64,000 bases of DNA from positions 81,674,834-81,738,833 of the forward strand of contig NC_068986.1 in NCBI RefSeq assembly GCF_001194135.2. The letters are read 5' to 3'. The notes beneath the pieces were generated by a model. It had not been told where the DNA came from and did no database searches. It worked only from the letters and a program-made list of their open reading frames with translations. This DNA comes from Octopus bimaculoides (lineage: Eukaryota). Of this stretch, positions 1-12,800 are shown in pieces. The stretch's first letter is position 1; the number at the start of each line of letters is the position of its first letter. The position numbers and the translations under genes are program-made.

Positions 1-360
1 ATGTGTATATTTCTAAGTCTTGGAATTTTGGTTATACATGCACCTTCATCTTTTTTAATCATTGCCAAGGTACCCTTTTAATATAGGGATTGTTTCTGTT
101 TTCACAGTTCACACTCAGTTTACAAGATATTCATGTTTGAATAATTTCTCCATTTCCTTTAGAGATATATTATTGTCTGTTAGGATAGACACTTTGATTA
201 GGAGGTACTTCCTTTCCTAGTGGTTCTTCGCAACAATGTCAGGTGCATTAGCCTTGCTCTTTCTTTTTGTGTGGGTTTATATCTTAAGAATATGGCTACT
301 TTGTCATTTTATGAGATCTTTTTTATATTGCCTCTTTTCTCTTCGTATTTCATAATGCTG
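1..360 (-). mobile_element. Degraded 3' portion (restriction-like endonuclease region) of an R4/Dong-type non-LTR retrotransposon
   Basis: Minus-strand translation gives (H)DKVA ... LIKVSILTDNNISLKEMEKLFKHEYL ... KTETIPILKGYLG, resembling the IDVxIPxDxNIxxKExEKxxKY ... VPVVxGALG RLE C-terminus. Stops and frameshifts are present; the 5' side abuts degenerate (ATT)n. Confidence 0.6.
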
Positions 361-407
361 ACATAATTTGAAATATATAGCTATTATTATTGTTGTTATC
401 ATTACTT

Positions 408-592
408 TTGGTTAACAGAATCACTAGATCATCAAACAAAATGCCTTATGGTATTTTTTCTGACTCTTTATGGTCCCTCAGTAGTCAGTAAAATAAAGCA
501 CCAGTCTAGTACCGGAGTCAATGAAATTGACTTGGTCACCTCCCCACACAGCTGAAATTGCTGGCCTCATGCCTAAATTAAAAACTATTATC
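408..592 (+). mobile_element. Degraded tRNA-derived SINE family A copy
   Basis: Similar to 9591-9823 (caaaatgc...gtaccgg...ttgctggcctcatgcctaaatta). Confidence 0.6.
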
Positions 593-1207
593 AAAATGAT
601 TTGGAGTTTCTAGCAACACACATTTTTATGAACCTCTGAGTGTTTAAAAAATTATTGTACTTTTAATACGATTTTTTGTTGTGTTTGGGTGAAGTTGTTA
701 CATCGAGAAGTGAAAAGTATTTCCTTTACATTTTGAAACAAATATATTTTTGCCATCAGACAATTTTGATAATATCTGTAAGCTTGGACTGAGGCAGCAG
801 TAGTAACAGTAGCAGTAATAGTAGCAGTAGAAGAATGCTCCCACTACAGCGGTAGCAATATATATGCCCTTCTACAAATTTAACATTAAAAAAGGGATAA
901 AATGATATTTGAACAAAAGGAATCGTGGGCTATTTGTTGGCTCCATGGTGGCAGTATGTCACAAGGGAGTGTCTCCTGGCCTAAAAATTTCATCCAGGGC
1001 TAGGAAAAAAGTGATGAGAGATTTTCCTCTGCTTTTCATAAAATGGGGAAGTGGGAGGTACCATCAAATGTTCTTTAGGGCCTTTGGAAACCTCCATCTA
1101 AATTTTTATGTTACTGTGTGTCCATCACTTCACTATATCTCTTGTAATTCCTTTGTATGACTGAATGGACTCTTGTGGAAAAATATGGGATAATAATAAT
1201 GATTTGT

Positions 1208-1622
1208 GATTCATACACAAGGGCAGCAGTTTTGAGGGAAGGGGTTAGTTGATTATATTAAAGTACTTGACCAGTACTCTCTTTTAATCCCGAAAGGATG
1301 AAAGGCAAAGTTAACCTCAATGTCATTTGAACACAGAACATAAAAGGCTGGAACAAATGCCACAAGATATTCTCTTTGACTCTAACAACGATAACAATAT
1401 TAATAGTCCTTTTTACTAAAGGCACAAGGCCTGAAATTTTGGGGGTTAGGGTAAGTTGATTACATTGACCCTGTGTTTCACTGGTACTTAATTTATCAAC
1501 CCCGAAAAGATGAAAAGCAAAATCAACCTAGGTGGAATTTGAACTCAGAATGTAGAGACAGATGAAATGCTGCTAAGCATTTTGCTTGGCATGCTAACGA
1601 TTCCTCCAGTTCACCACCTTAA
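1208..1622 (-). mobile_element. Two tandem SINE family A copies (~1208-1390 and ~1408-1622)
   Basis: Reverse complement of the family A core gatgaaaggcaaagt(c)aacc...gaatttgaactcagaa and head gctaacgattc...cagttcaccacctt. Confidence 0.85.
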
Positions 1623-1671
1623 GCAATGATAATAATAATAATGATAATAATAATGATGATGATGATGATGA

Positions 1672-2060
1672 TTAGGCAACAGAGTAAATAGTATTGTTAA
1701 AGTGTCAAACAAAATAACATGCACTGTTTGTTTTCGTTCTTTATGTTCTGGTTTCAAATACTACTGAGGCCTTTCATTTTTACAGAATTGTTATGATAAA
1801 AAATACATGTCATGTACTGAGGATTCACATTGACTAACTCCTTTTAAAACTGCTGGCTTTGTGCCTGAATTAGAAACCATAATTATTATTATTATTGCTG
1901 GTAGAATTGTTAGCTAGTTGGATATAATACCTCATAGCATTTCTGAAGACACATTATGCATCAAGTTTGAATCCCACTAAGGTCAAGTTTGCTTTTCATC
2001 CTTTTGGGTCAATGTAACCAACTTACCCACACCTCCTCTCAAACTTAGGAAGAATTATTG
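1672..2060 (+). mobile_element. Two degraded SINE family A copies (~1672-1880 and ~1897-2060)
   Basis: Head tggcagaat(t)gttag, B-box-like gtttcaaat/gtttgaatcc, core aggtcaagtttgcttttcatcctttt. Confidence 0.7.
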
Positions 2061-2915
2061 TTATACTTCCTCCATCAAGTTGTATCATTATAATTGATAG
2101 ATCACATGTGAAAATATTTGAATATTTAAAACATTTACTATCATGAATAGTTGTATTTATTTTGCAAACTTTTTGATTACTCTGTGTACAAATGTCTGCA
2201 TTTCAATGGAAAAAAGACAGACTTGAGAATATGTACATGTGGTAGGAGGATGTTAGCTTTAGTTTTTAATGAAGTACTACCCTGGGTTTTTGATGTCAGT
2301 TTTATGAACAAACTTGCTCCAGCTAGCTATATTATCCAAATCTGTGTCAGAGATAGTTTTTCAAATGTCATAGAACTGGAAGTCTAGTTGGTAACATAAT
2401 TTGATGACTAGGGTCAAATATGTGTTTTCTTTAATCTCTTCTTACTCTGGACCTTTCCACTACCAAGTTGTTGGTACAAATTGACATAACAACACACTGT
2501 TTACTGTCTAAAACTGGCTACATACTAAATACTACTTACAGGTATAAGTGTACATGCGTGTGCACACACACACATACACAATCTCAAGATGTTGCATTTC
2601 ATGAGAAAGATGTCATGGGAAGAAGTTGATTGGTGTTATTAGTGCTGGAGAAGATCCGGCCAAGAAGTCTTGTCTACCAGTGCAAGCTTGGCTAATTGAA
2701 TGTTATGAATGGGACAAAATGTGGTGGTAGTGATGAATACTGGAAGCTACAAAAATTTTTTTAACTCAATATTTAAATACTGTAATTTATAGTTTTATTT
2801 GCTTTGAGTTCTACCATTAAAATAATTTATTTCACATATCTCAGAGTTTAAATTATTTTAATGCAAACAATACACACACGACGTGCGTGCGTGTGCGCAA
2901 ACACACACACACACA

Positions 2916-3060
2916 CATGGCTTTGTGGTTAAGACGTTTACCTCTCAACCATGCAGCTTTGGAGTCAGTCCCACTGTATGGTATCTTGGCCAAGTGGCTT
3001 CTACAATATCCTTGGGCTGACCAATGGCTTATGAGGGGATTTGTTTGTGGGTGTCTGTGT
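2916..3060 (+). mobile_element. Degraded CORE-like SINE family B head
   Basis: catggctttgtggttaaga...cagtcccactgtatggtatcttggccaagtgg matches the family B 5' end (compare 37746-38163). Confidence 0.6.
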
Positions 3061-3799
3061 CTGAGTTATTATTTACAATCTGCAGTGAGCTATACTACAA
3101 ATGGTGATGTAATTGTTTATAGCTGAGCTGCAACTGGTGATGTCACTATATGTGGTTGGCCTGCAACTGGTAATGGCTGGCGTTTTTCTGTTAACAGAAC
3201 GTCTACCAGCTCTGCACTTTTGAATTCCTCTGAGATTAAAATTTCCAAACTTAAAAAACAGGTAAGAGTTAGCAACAAGAAGAACATCAGGTTGTAAAAT
3301 CCTGTCTCAGGTACCTTCTTGTCTAACCCTGACTAGCATAGAGAATAAAGTTTTTAGCAAACTCATGAATGATATGTGTGTTTGTGTGTGTGTCACCCTT
3401 ATCCTTATTATTCATTTTGTTTATATAACTATATACAGTGCTAGACTCACATTTTATACTCATACTGCCATTCTCTTCACTCTGCTATCCAATGCACTTT
3501 ACCTTATCATTTCTGTACTACCAATCATCCTGTTTCTGCCTTCATACCCTTGCTCCTTTAACCCATTTTCCTGTCATCACTTCCTTTGTCACATTACCTT
3601 TAGCATATGTACATGCCTCAAACTATTGACCACTTTTGGTTCTTTTACTGGTACCACAATATAATGCTCCCAGTATCCTCTGTAAAGTTGCTGGTGAAGA
3701 AATCATTTTTATACTCTCTGCCCCTGTATTCAGTACACTCCATAAATTTGTTGGTAAATGAACCCTCATACTATTTCCAGCCGAAAGAATGATTGCAGA

Positions 3800-4185
3800 T
3801 ACAACCGGCCAAGACAGGGTTTCTCTGGAGGGTTTTTGAAGTAACATTACTCGAAAGAGTACGTAGTTCAGAGATTAGAGAGGCACTTCAGGTAGAGCTG
3901 CTATCTCCAAATTGAGAGAATACAGCTCTGCTACTACAGACGTGTAATAAAAATTATCTCAGTAAACAATTGCTGGAGAGCTTCTGTGAGTAAAACTAAC
4001 TAGCAGGAAACCCAGGGGTAGACCACATGCAAGATGGTTGGATAACATTTATGACCTTGGTTGGTCAAGCTTGGGGATCCTGTCAGATCAACTGGAGATA
4101 GTTGCTTCTGACAGGACCCAATGAAAAGTATGCTTGATGAATCTGCCCCCATGATCCTCCTGGGACTAAGTGAGATGATGAAAGG
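3800..4185 (+). mobile_element. 3' end of an RTE-clade LINE (degraded)
   Basis: Translation GFLWRVFEVTLLERVRSSEIREALQVELL...GRPHARWLDNIYDLGWSSLGI...LEIVASDR matches the typical RTE C-terminus (RVRSSxIRE, RGRPxxRW, xAxDR). Confidence 0.75.
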
Positions 4186-4277
4186 AACCCTTATAAACTT
4201 CCACCCCAGCACATCTGGTGCACTCAGTAAAGTCATTGGAAAATTAGCCCTTTCTATACTTTTCTCTTGCACTTTAA

Positions 4278-4483
4278 CCCTTTAGCTTTCAAATTACTCA
4301 ACCAAATGTAAAGCTTATTTATTCATATTATTTTCAATTAATCATGTATTGTCTGATAGCTTTGAGATTTTAATGATGTTATTGTCTATTTTGGGAATGG
4401 CATTGTAGGATAGGTTTGAGAGGTTAAATCAGGTTAGCTTGAACATATTTTGGCTGGATAAGGCCTGTTTAAATGCTAAAGGG
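4278..4483. mobile_element. piggyBac-like MITE family 1
   Basis: TTAA at 4274-4277 and 4484-4487; termini ccctttagc / gctaaaggg. Internal sequence is shared with copies at 24585, 35979, 39989 and 47945. Confidence 0.85.
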
Positions 4484-4749
4484 TTAATGGGCCATCTGGT
4501 ATTGGTATCCATCTTTCATTCTTACCATTTATCCATCTCTATTACTATCATCACTCACTCATCCCTTCTACCACTTTCTCATACCAGTCACTATGAAATG
4601 CACATGTAGGAGAGTAGTATCTTCATATAAGAACTGATTGGAACCTTGATGGTCTGTCTGATCCATGCCAGCTTCAAAAGCAGTTGTGCAACAGTTATTA
4701 TTACCCTTACCTCAAAATTGCTGGCCTTCTGCCTTAATCAGAAACAATA

Positions 4750-4750
<1 letters not shown>

Positions 4751-4810
<60 letters not shown>
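4751..4810. repeat. (ATT)n microsatellite
   Basis: About 19 near-perfect units. Confidence 0.95.
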
Positions 4811-4812
<2 letters not shown>

Positions 4813-5250
4813 GGTGGCAAGTTGGCAAAAGCATTAGCACACCAGACAAAATGCTTAGCAGCATTTTGTCCGCCTTTACATTCTAAGCTCAAATTCCGCC
4901 ATAGTTGACTTTGCCTTTTATCCTTTTAAGGTTAATAGAATAAGTACCGGTTGAACACTAAGGTTGATGTAATTGACTTAGCCCCCAGCCCCCAATTGCT
5001 GGCCTTGTGCCACAATTTGAAAGCTTTATTGTTAAGATGGTGAGCTGGCAGAATCATTAGCATGCCAGACAAAATGCTTAAGCAGTATTTTGTCTGTCTT
5101 TACATTCTAAGTTCAAATGCTGCCAAGATCAACTTTACCTGTCATCCTTTTAGGATTGATGAAATAAGTATCAGTTGAATGCTGGGGGTCAATGTAATTG
5201 CCTATCACCTTTCCCAAAATTTTTGGACCTTGTACCTATAGTAAAAAGGA
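4811..5250 (+). mobile_element. Two tandem SINE family A copies (~4811-5022 and ~5034-5250)
   Basis: Both have the head ggtg(gc)agytggca(g)aa..attagca, a gctcaaattcc/gttcaaatgc B-box-like motif, and the core ttgactttgccttt(t)atcc. Confidence 0.9.
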
Positions 5251-5261
5251 TTATTATTATT

Positions 5262-6722
5262 AATATTCTTTCTTTTCTGTTCTTTCTTTATATCAGCTCC
5301 TTCCTGCAGCTTAGAGATGAAATGCTTTCCATAAAATGTACTATTCTATGTATTGTTACCAAATTTGTACTTCCTATGAAGTCTGATATTTTCAGCTTTA
5401 CATGCCATAATATTGCTGTCTTTGAGATGGATCTAAGTTTACCGACCACAATAAGTATCACACTCACTTTTGAAGTTCTGTAGATATATTTCATTTCCAA
5501 TCCTTTCATAGGAGAGTGATATCTGGTCAGTTTTGTTGCAGCTTCTTGTCTGTATAGATTGGAATATCCCACTTGAGTCTCACCTGATCATTCTCTGCTA
5601 CTGGCAAAGGTTGCTGCTCATACCACCTGTTGGGACATACTAGCCCATACTTCCTGCACAACTCCTTGTGTATTTGCAATGCCACTTTGTTATGGCATTT
5701 TTTTGTACTCCTTTTGGGCCAGTTTTGAGTATCCACTACTTATATGTCTAAACATTTCGGATGATTTTTCACATAAACTACTCAAAAGTTATAATGCTAT
5801 TTTATGCTGCATTTGATTGAGTTGGTTTGTAAAGTTTGTTCTTGAGCAACAAGCGCAATCCTTCTGTCTCTTTTAAAAGTCCGAGTCTTAACCATCTCCA
5901 AGATTCTTCATTAGTTTCATCTGGTATTTGTTGGAAAAGCTCTCCACGTAGGGCTTTCTCTTTCCAGTTAAGGATCTTTTCTTCTTTAATTCTCATTTTG
6001 TACCCCTGGATGGTCTCATCATTATCACTAATCACCTCACTCAGTGGAGCCTGCAACATTCTTTCATTGCTATCTCTAAGTTAGACAAAGAAGGATTTGG
6101 TCTTCTTTGTAACAATGTCTTCTACTGCAGCTATTCCTCTTTTACCTTCCTTCCTAGATAGGTAAAGCTTTATCACATTACTTTTAGTATGAAGGCACCC
6201 ATACATACCATTATCTTCCTAGTTTTTCAGTCCAGGTTGACCAGTTCCTCTTTTGTTCATTCCACAATTCCTGTGCAGTAGCATAGCTTGTTTACAGTCC
6301 CAAATGTCGATACCTCTGATCAGGTTTCCTCCAGTAAGCTTGGATCTACATAGCCTTTTCACTGTTTTGGTTTATTTATAAGAAATCATTTCCTTCATCT
6401 TGGTGTTCATCATCTAGCTTAATTGTAAAATATCAAAATATTTGTGACCTTCTCTGTTCACTTATGTGATCATCATCTAGAAGTTGTACTCCACCGCTTT
6501 CTACAATTCAAGAACAACACATTTATCTAGACCAAATGCTATTTGGATGTCATATGAGAAAATTCGTATAGTTTAAATAAAGGAGTCTAGTTGACCTGAG
6601 TCCAGTTGACCTGTGCTAGCTTTATGAAGCTTCAAATTGTCCATAAACAACAGGTGGTTAATTGGTCTTGTGTTCTTTTGCAGTTTGTAATCAGATCTCA
6701 TCTTCTTCAAAATCAGAGATAG
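5262..6722 (-). mobile_element. 5'-truncated, degraded R4/Dong-type LINE (RT thumb, CCHC-region remnant and RLE)
   Basis: NHLLFMDNLK at 6630-6659 (the YADD-equivalent HLLFMDDLK of this clade), FGLDKC, WKEKAL.G, SWRWL..G.LK.ETEG, CHNKVALQIHKELC..YG...RWYE..P..V.EN...L.WD.PIYTDKKLQQN.PDI, KVSVILIVVG.L. Many stops and frameshifts. Confidence 0.88.
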
Positions 6723-6741
6723 CTGTTGTTGTTATCATTAT

Positions 6742-6958
6742 AAAGGTGATGAGCTGCAAGAATTGTTAGCTTGTTGGACAAAATGGATAGCAACATTTCA
6801 TCTGTCTTTATGTTCTGAGTTCAAATTCTGGCAAGGCTGATTTTGTCTTCCACCCTTTTGGAGTTCATAAAACAAGTACCAGTTGAGTACTGGGATCAAA
6901 GTAATCAACTCACCTCCTCCTCCAAAGTTTCAGGCCTTGTGCCTACAGTAGAAGGGAT
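6742..6958 (+). mobile_element. SINE family A copy
   Basis: aaggtgatgagctg...gagttcaaattctgg...caggccttgtgcctacagtagaagg. Confidence 0.9.
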
Positions 6959-6982
6959 TATTATAATTATTGTTTTATTATT

Positions 6983-7283
6983 CTTTTCATCTCAGGTTTT
7001 GTTGTAATTCCTGGAGTCTTGCATGTATAGCAGGCTTGCTGCCTGCAGCCTACGGTACCATGCTGTCTTTTCTTTTTCAACTATCTAATACTTGCCTGAT
7101 TATTCTGGCCATGCCAATGAGGCAAACCTTTTTGTGACAGGTCTACTGGGCACTCTATTCCGATTTGCTTTATATTCCACTTTGATACTGTCCTCAAGGA
7201 ACTAACAATAATTGGCATTATCTTCACCTTCTTCATTTTCCATAGTCATGCTATTTTTCCTACTTAAGAGGATTGTATATATC

Positions 7284-7284
<1 letters not shown>
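6983..7284 (-). mobile_element. 3' terminal fragment of an R4/Dong-type LINE
   Basis: Minus-strand translation LWKMKKVKIMPIIVSSLRTVSK...IGIECPVDLSQKVCLIGMARIIRQVLDS*. Its 3' UTR (caggaattacaacaaaacctgag) is shared with 20175-20961. Confidence 0.8.

Positions 7285-7330
<46 letters not shown>
7285..7330. repeat. (TAT)n microsatellite
   Basis: About 15 units; a (TAA)n run follows at ~7447-7503. Confidence 0.95.
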
Positions 7331-7331
<1 letters not shown>

Positions 7332-7447
7332 TGTTCAGGTCAACTTTGCCTTTCATCCTTTTGGGGTCAGAAAAATTAAGTACCAGTTAAGTACTGGGGT
7401 TGATGTGATCAACTGTTGCCCTTCCAACAAAATCCAGGCCTTAAAGG

Positions 7448-7501
<54 letters not shown>

Positions 7502-7737
7502 TCATCATCATCATCAGAGCGATGGAATGATAGAATTGTAAGATAGTCAGGAAAATGCTTTGCAGTATTTGTTCTGGCTCTTTTTGTTTTGAGTTCATGT
7601 CATGCTGAGGTCAACTTTGCCTTTCATCCCTTTGAAGTTTATAAATAAGGTTCAAGTCAAGTACTTGGATTGTAAGTTTCAAGTAACTGCCACCTCTTGT
7701 CAAAATTTCTGACCTCATGCCTAAATTAGAGACAATT
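7331..7737 (+). mobile_element. Partial SINE A (7331-7443) plus SINE A (7517-7737), separated by (TAA)n/(TCA)n
   Basis: The core aggtcaactttgcctttcatcc is present in both. Confidence 0.85.
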
Positions 7738-9590
7738 TTTATTATTAACTGAGGAAACCACAGGAGGAACTCATGAGCCTAGAGTATTGTGCCAAAACCA
7801 CTTATAAAATAGTTTGATGAGGACTTTGAAATGAAACTAGACATTTGAATAACTCCTGTTGTATTTTCAGTTACTGGAAAAAATTAAGCATATACTTCAT
7901 GTATTGAGTTATTTCTCCCATTGATAATAATGAAAAAACTTTATACATCTATGAGTATGAGGGTTGTTTAGATGGGTGGGTGGGTTTGTGAATGTGTATA
8001 TTGTATTTATTTTATATTGCCAGTTATTGATATCAAACAAAGCAATAACAACATTTCTGTTTGTGATATTAATAAGAGATTGTCTTGCCTCACACGGGAA
8101 ACTTGTTTCATGAAGCATTTTTCATTTTCTGGCTGTTCTGATCCTCCATGGATATGAATTAGTCACACATACATGATGTGCTTCCAAAGAGTTTTTGTCT
8201 ATCAAATTCTTGCCACAATATATTGGTCTCAAATTGAAGCTATAGCAGAAATCACTTCTCCAAAGTGCAATGGTGTTGAACCAACATTCATGTAAATTCA
8301 AGTTCCTTAACCATACAGTCAAACCTGCATCTATATGTTTGTAGTATTTACATATATCAGTTAGGTTTGTAAATAGGCTTGTTTAGCGAAGTACAATAAT
8401 TGAAACACTTTTCCCTGTCTTTGTATAACTGTGGCTGGACTGCCATCCTGTGGTTACTGTAGCCACAATAGTAACATGACCAGTGTTGTACAATATATTG
8501 ATGCCTTCTGAAACTTGTCTGAAACCTTTCAACTAAAACAGGACCTGCAAGGGACATGACTGAGGCAGTTTCTTTGTAAATTTGCAAATATAAACCTGAA
8601 TGAAATAGAAACCAGTTTCAGCTGCATTTTTCTCATTTTGTAATTGTTTACTCCGATAATTCAAGTGATTGATACAGAGGGAGACACTAGGTTATTGAAA
8701 CCTTTCTGATTTCCCACTATTTTCAGTATTATTTTATTTTTTAATTAGTCCAAAAAAGAATATGACCCTCATGTCTATTTGTAGTAAGTCATTTTAAAAC
8801 CAACCCACCCACTCATGACCATCTTTGATTCTAGGGTACAAAATACTCACTTTTACATGTTCATACTGAAGGTAAAGATCTTCCAGCAATTTTATATTCC
8901 AAATATCATTTTAATAATAACAGAGTTACTCGTTTTATTCAATCCCACCAATTTTTAAAATCATTTTTCAAAATTAATTAAAACATTTCAATTAGAGACT
9001 TGGGAATTGAACAATTAAACTTCTGTAGGCTGGTGAGTGAGTTCATTCTGGAAAGTTTCTTTTCTATGATGAAGGATTAAACAAAGTAAGTTTGGAAGAG
9101 GGAGTAGGAATATTGAGTGAAGTTGGGCTGGGTATTCAGTAAACATAAATCAGGTGGTACTCAGCTAGCTAACTGACTGGAGTAGAATGTGTCTGTCATC
9201 TATTGCTTTAAGCATATTGGTGTATGTGCCTTTGTGGTTATGACTGTATAGCAGCACCATTATGTAAACTGTACTCTAGAGTACAGTTAACACTTTTGTC
9301 TTCTTTAATGTATAGAATTTGTTGAAGAATCATCACTGAAACATTCATGAATGTCCATTCAAACATAGCTATCAACATCTGCTACATATTGCTCTTAGAT
9401 TTGCTTTATACGTCAACTATACTTTCTTATTTTTATTTATTATTTGTTCTCTCTTTGAATACTCATGTGATAGAAACAGATTCTGAGAAACAAAAGCAGA
9501 TGCTTTGTGAAAGACATCCATTATGTGGATATTAACTAATATGAAGATGATTAAAACTGAGAAAATGCTTCATAATATCTGTTGTTCATA

Positions 9591-9823
9591 GGATGGTGAG
9601 CTGGCAGAATCGTTAGCACACCGGGCAAAATGCTTAGCAGTATTTCGTCTGCCATTAGGTTCTGAGTTCAAATTCCGCTGAGGTAACTTTGCCTTTCATC
9701 CTTTCAGGGTTGATTAAATGAGTACCAGTTATACACTGGGGTCGATGTAATCGACTTAATCCCTTTGTCTGTCCTTGTTTGTCCCCTCTATGTTTAGTCC
9801 CCTGTGGGCAATAACGAAATAAA
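9591..9823 (+). mobile_element. Best-preserved full-length SINE family A copy (tRNA-derived head)
   Basis: A-box-like tggcagaatcg and B-box-like gagttcaaattcc; central domain gaggtaactttgcctttcatcctttcagggttgattaaatgagtaccag; retains CpGs. Confidence 0.92.
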
Positions 9824-12800
9824 TATTTGTTGTTCATGTAGATGTTTCCAAAGAACCTACCCATATACATTTGTTGATTAGCTAGTGTTGATATGAACTT
9901 AGTTTATATCACATCAACACTAGCTAATCAACAAAGTTTGTGATCTCACTGTTTAAAGCTGACACTAAGTTCCAAAATATTGAAGCATTACAACACTTGT
10001 TTTCTAATGCTTAGTCAGAAGGAAAAGTAGGGCTTACGGATGGCCCTTTTCAGGGCCTCCAAAACTGGTGGAAAGCAAAAAGTTATCCACAAACTGAAGA
10101 CCTAACTCAAGTAGATTTTGCTGAGACCAAGTAGTGGTGTTAAATCAGACAATGTTGGCCACAGTGGGATTTGAACCCGGCATGCAAAGAACCATATATA
10201 TATATACCACAAGGCATTGTATCTCATGCTCTAATAAATTCATTAATCCACCACTCTAGACTAGTTCTTTATTTAATGGTGACTATGGTTGAAGCTGTGT
10301 TTGAACTCAGAATGTGATGAGCCAAAATAAATACCACAAGACATTTCATCCAATGCTCTATTGACTCTGCTAGTTCATCACCTTATAGTTATCAGCTGCT
10401 CTCTGTCAGCCTTAGGTGTTGTCCAGCAAGTTATAGCTTACTAACTCTTTATTAGTATCCACCATCAGTCAGCTTTATATGCTATGAAAATAGTTACAGT
10501 TGTTTTATACTTCTTTAATTTTCAATGTCTTGTAGTACTTTCTGTAAATCTCCCAATCCTGTTACAAACTTGAGATTGTAATTAAAATCAGTCAATCCTG
10601 TATAAAAATGTAACTAAAATAGGAATTGAGAATGGTGTTTGCTGATACGAAGTAATGATTGTTGGTGTACATTGTGAATGTAGGTTTAACCTGTTGACTT
10701 TCACATGTTGACAAGTCACTTTAACCTGCCTAACTAGATTGAATACAGTTAAGTTGATTACCTGTAGGTGCTTTCTCATATATTTGCAAGATATTGAATC
10801 CTGAGCTTCAATTTCTTGTCTCAGAGCCGAATTTGTTCCCCAGTTGGTCTCTGTAATTTAGTCTCCCACTAGAAGAAGAATTCTGAGATATTCTTCATCT
10901 CCACCATTCAAAAGTTTTGTATGATATAGCAAATTAGTGTTATTTATTCTTATTACAATAATTACACTTCTCATAAACCCACCACTATGCAAAAACACTT
11001 CATTTTAATTAATCCTTACCATTCACTAATGAAAATATCAATGCAAAATCTACTACATGATAACTCCATGCCTGATCAAAATCAATAAATCCCTGTATCA
11101 CTTAGTTGCTTTGTAGAGAAGACATTGAAGTATCACTTTAGCTATTTTATCCAAGTGCAATCTATCTATCTCTGATTAAATCACAAGTAAATAAATAAAT
11201 TATCAATAAACAATATCACTGAATTCTAAATTTGCTGCTTGAAGTATTAACTGCCATTATGCTAAAAAAATTAAAGAAGAAATCTGGAGAAATCCACTTG
11301 ATAAAATGCAAAATATAAGCACACATGGTGCAAGCAGGAAGTCTTTTGGCTTTGTTCAAATTTTCCAGCCCAAACAATAATGCTGTTTTAATTGCAGTTT
11401 CATGTAGTTCAAAATTTGGCAACAGTTGCAGATATTTGTAGTACAGGATTTTGAATTTTTATCAACTGAGTTGATTTAAAAACTGCCTTATTTTGAAGTG
11501 TTCATATTTGAATTAGAATAGTTTGTAATAGTTTTGTGCAAATACTATGTGTTTAGTTGTGTCCCAATCATCATCTTAATACCACCATTAAATGAAAACA
11601 TTATTCCAGCTTTTCAATTCTTGAATATTTTCAAAATTAATGTAAATATGTAGACAATATATTTCAGTAGAAATTTGGTAATGAAAGAGTTAAGCAATCC
11701 TGATTAAGAAATTCTAACCTTTTGTTGAAGAGATTCACGCTGTATAAAAGCAGACCAAAGAGAATTTCAGTGGAATAGTGAAGCAATTAATATAGTTATA
11801 ATTTAGTCAATATTGGGAAATAGGGATGCCTCCTTTTTTTCTTGAATGCTTATACAAAAGAACATACTTCTTTGGAAATAAAAATAATATTGATGATGAC
11901 GACGACAACGTCAGCGATGATAATATATGTGTGATGGAAAACATTTCTGTGACTGGTTGTAGAAATTCTTATTTTCAGTGGCATTCATTTCGATTTTTAT
12001 TCCGTAAGAAAATCAATCGATATTTTAAGTACAAGTATTTATAAATGCTTCTGTTTCTTTTACCATTTTCCACCTTCATCTGCTTATCTTGACTGAAAAT
12101 CATTGAATCACTCTAAAACAAACAAGCAAACCTGTATGACTATCTTATGTTGTACTGATTGAATCGTTATATCAATTCTTTTAATGAACAAAATTGACTA
12201 TTTTCCTATCAAATTCTATATTTAGTTTGTGCATATGACTACATTTCTAAATATATGAATGTGTGTGTGTGTATAACCACATGTTTGTATATATTTGTCT
12301 GAGGAAACAGGCAGTAGGATACGCTTTGTTGAACAAATCCTAAAGATGACACAATAGGTTAGTTTCCAAACTGTTAGTCTTATTGTTGTTGAGGATAATA
12401 AGCTGAAAACTGAACTATCGATCCATTCCAGTAGCAAGCTATATCAAAAATACTGAATTTATTGGTCTGGCATTAGAATCTTGTTCTATTGATTTGTCTT
12501 TGATAGACTTGTGTCAACAATGGCATACAATACTGATAATTTTGGCTTTAGTGTTCTGTTGTAGAGCTTCTGATAGTGATTAAGATCACTGTCTTCAAAG
12601 GTTGGTAGAAAAAGAGAAGTTAGTTGTAAATCCAATAACAGCACGAAAGGATGGCATTGGTTGATTTCCTGCAATATATGCCCTACTTTAAAGAACTATG
12701 AAATAACTGTGTCATTTGTCAAAACAAAAAGGAAAGACTTTTCTAGGTGGTCACGAATGGGATTAATTGAAGAAGTGGTCATTACTGGTAGGTTGTGAGA

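Noticed and set aside
8440-8480. Minus-strand QDGSPA resembling the Tc1/mariner QDGAPxH motif
   Set aside because: No downstream SPDLNP motif or TIRs found; insufficient support.
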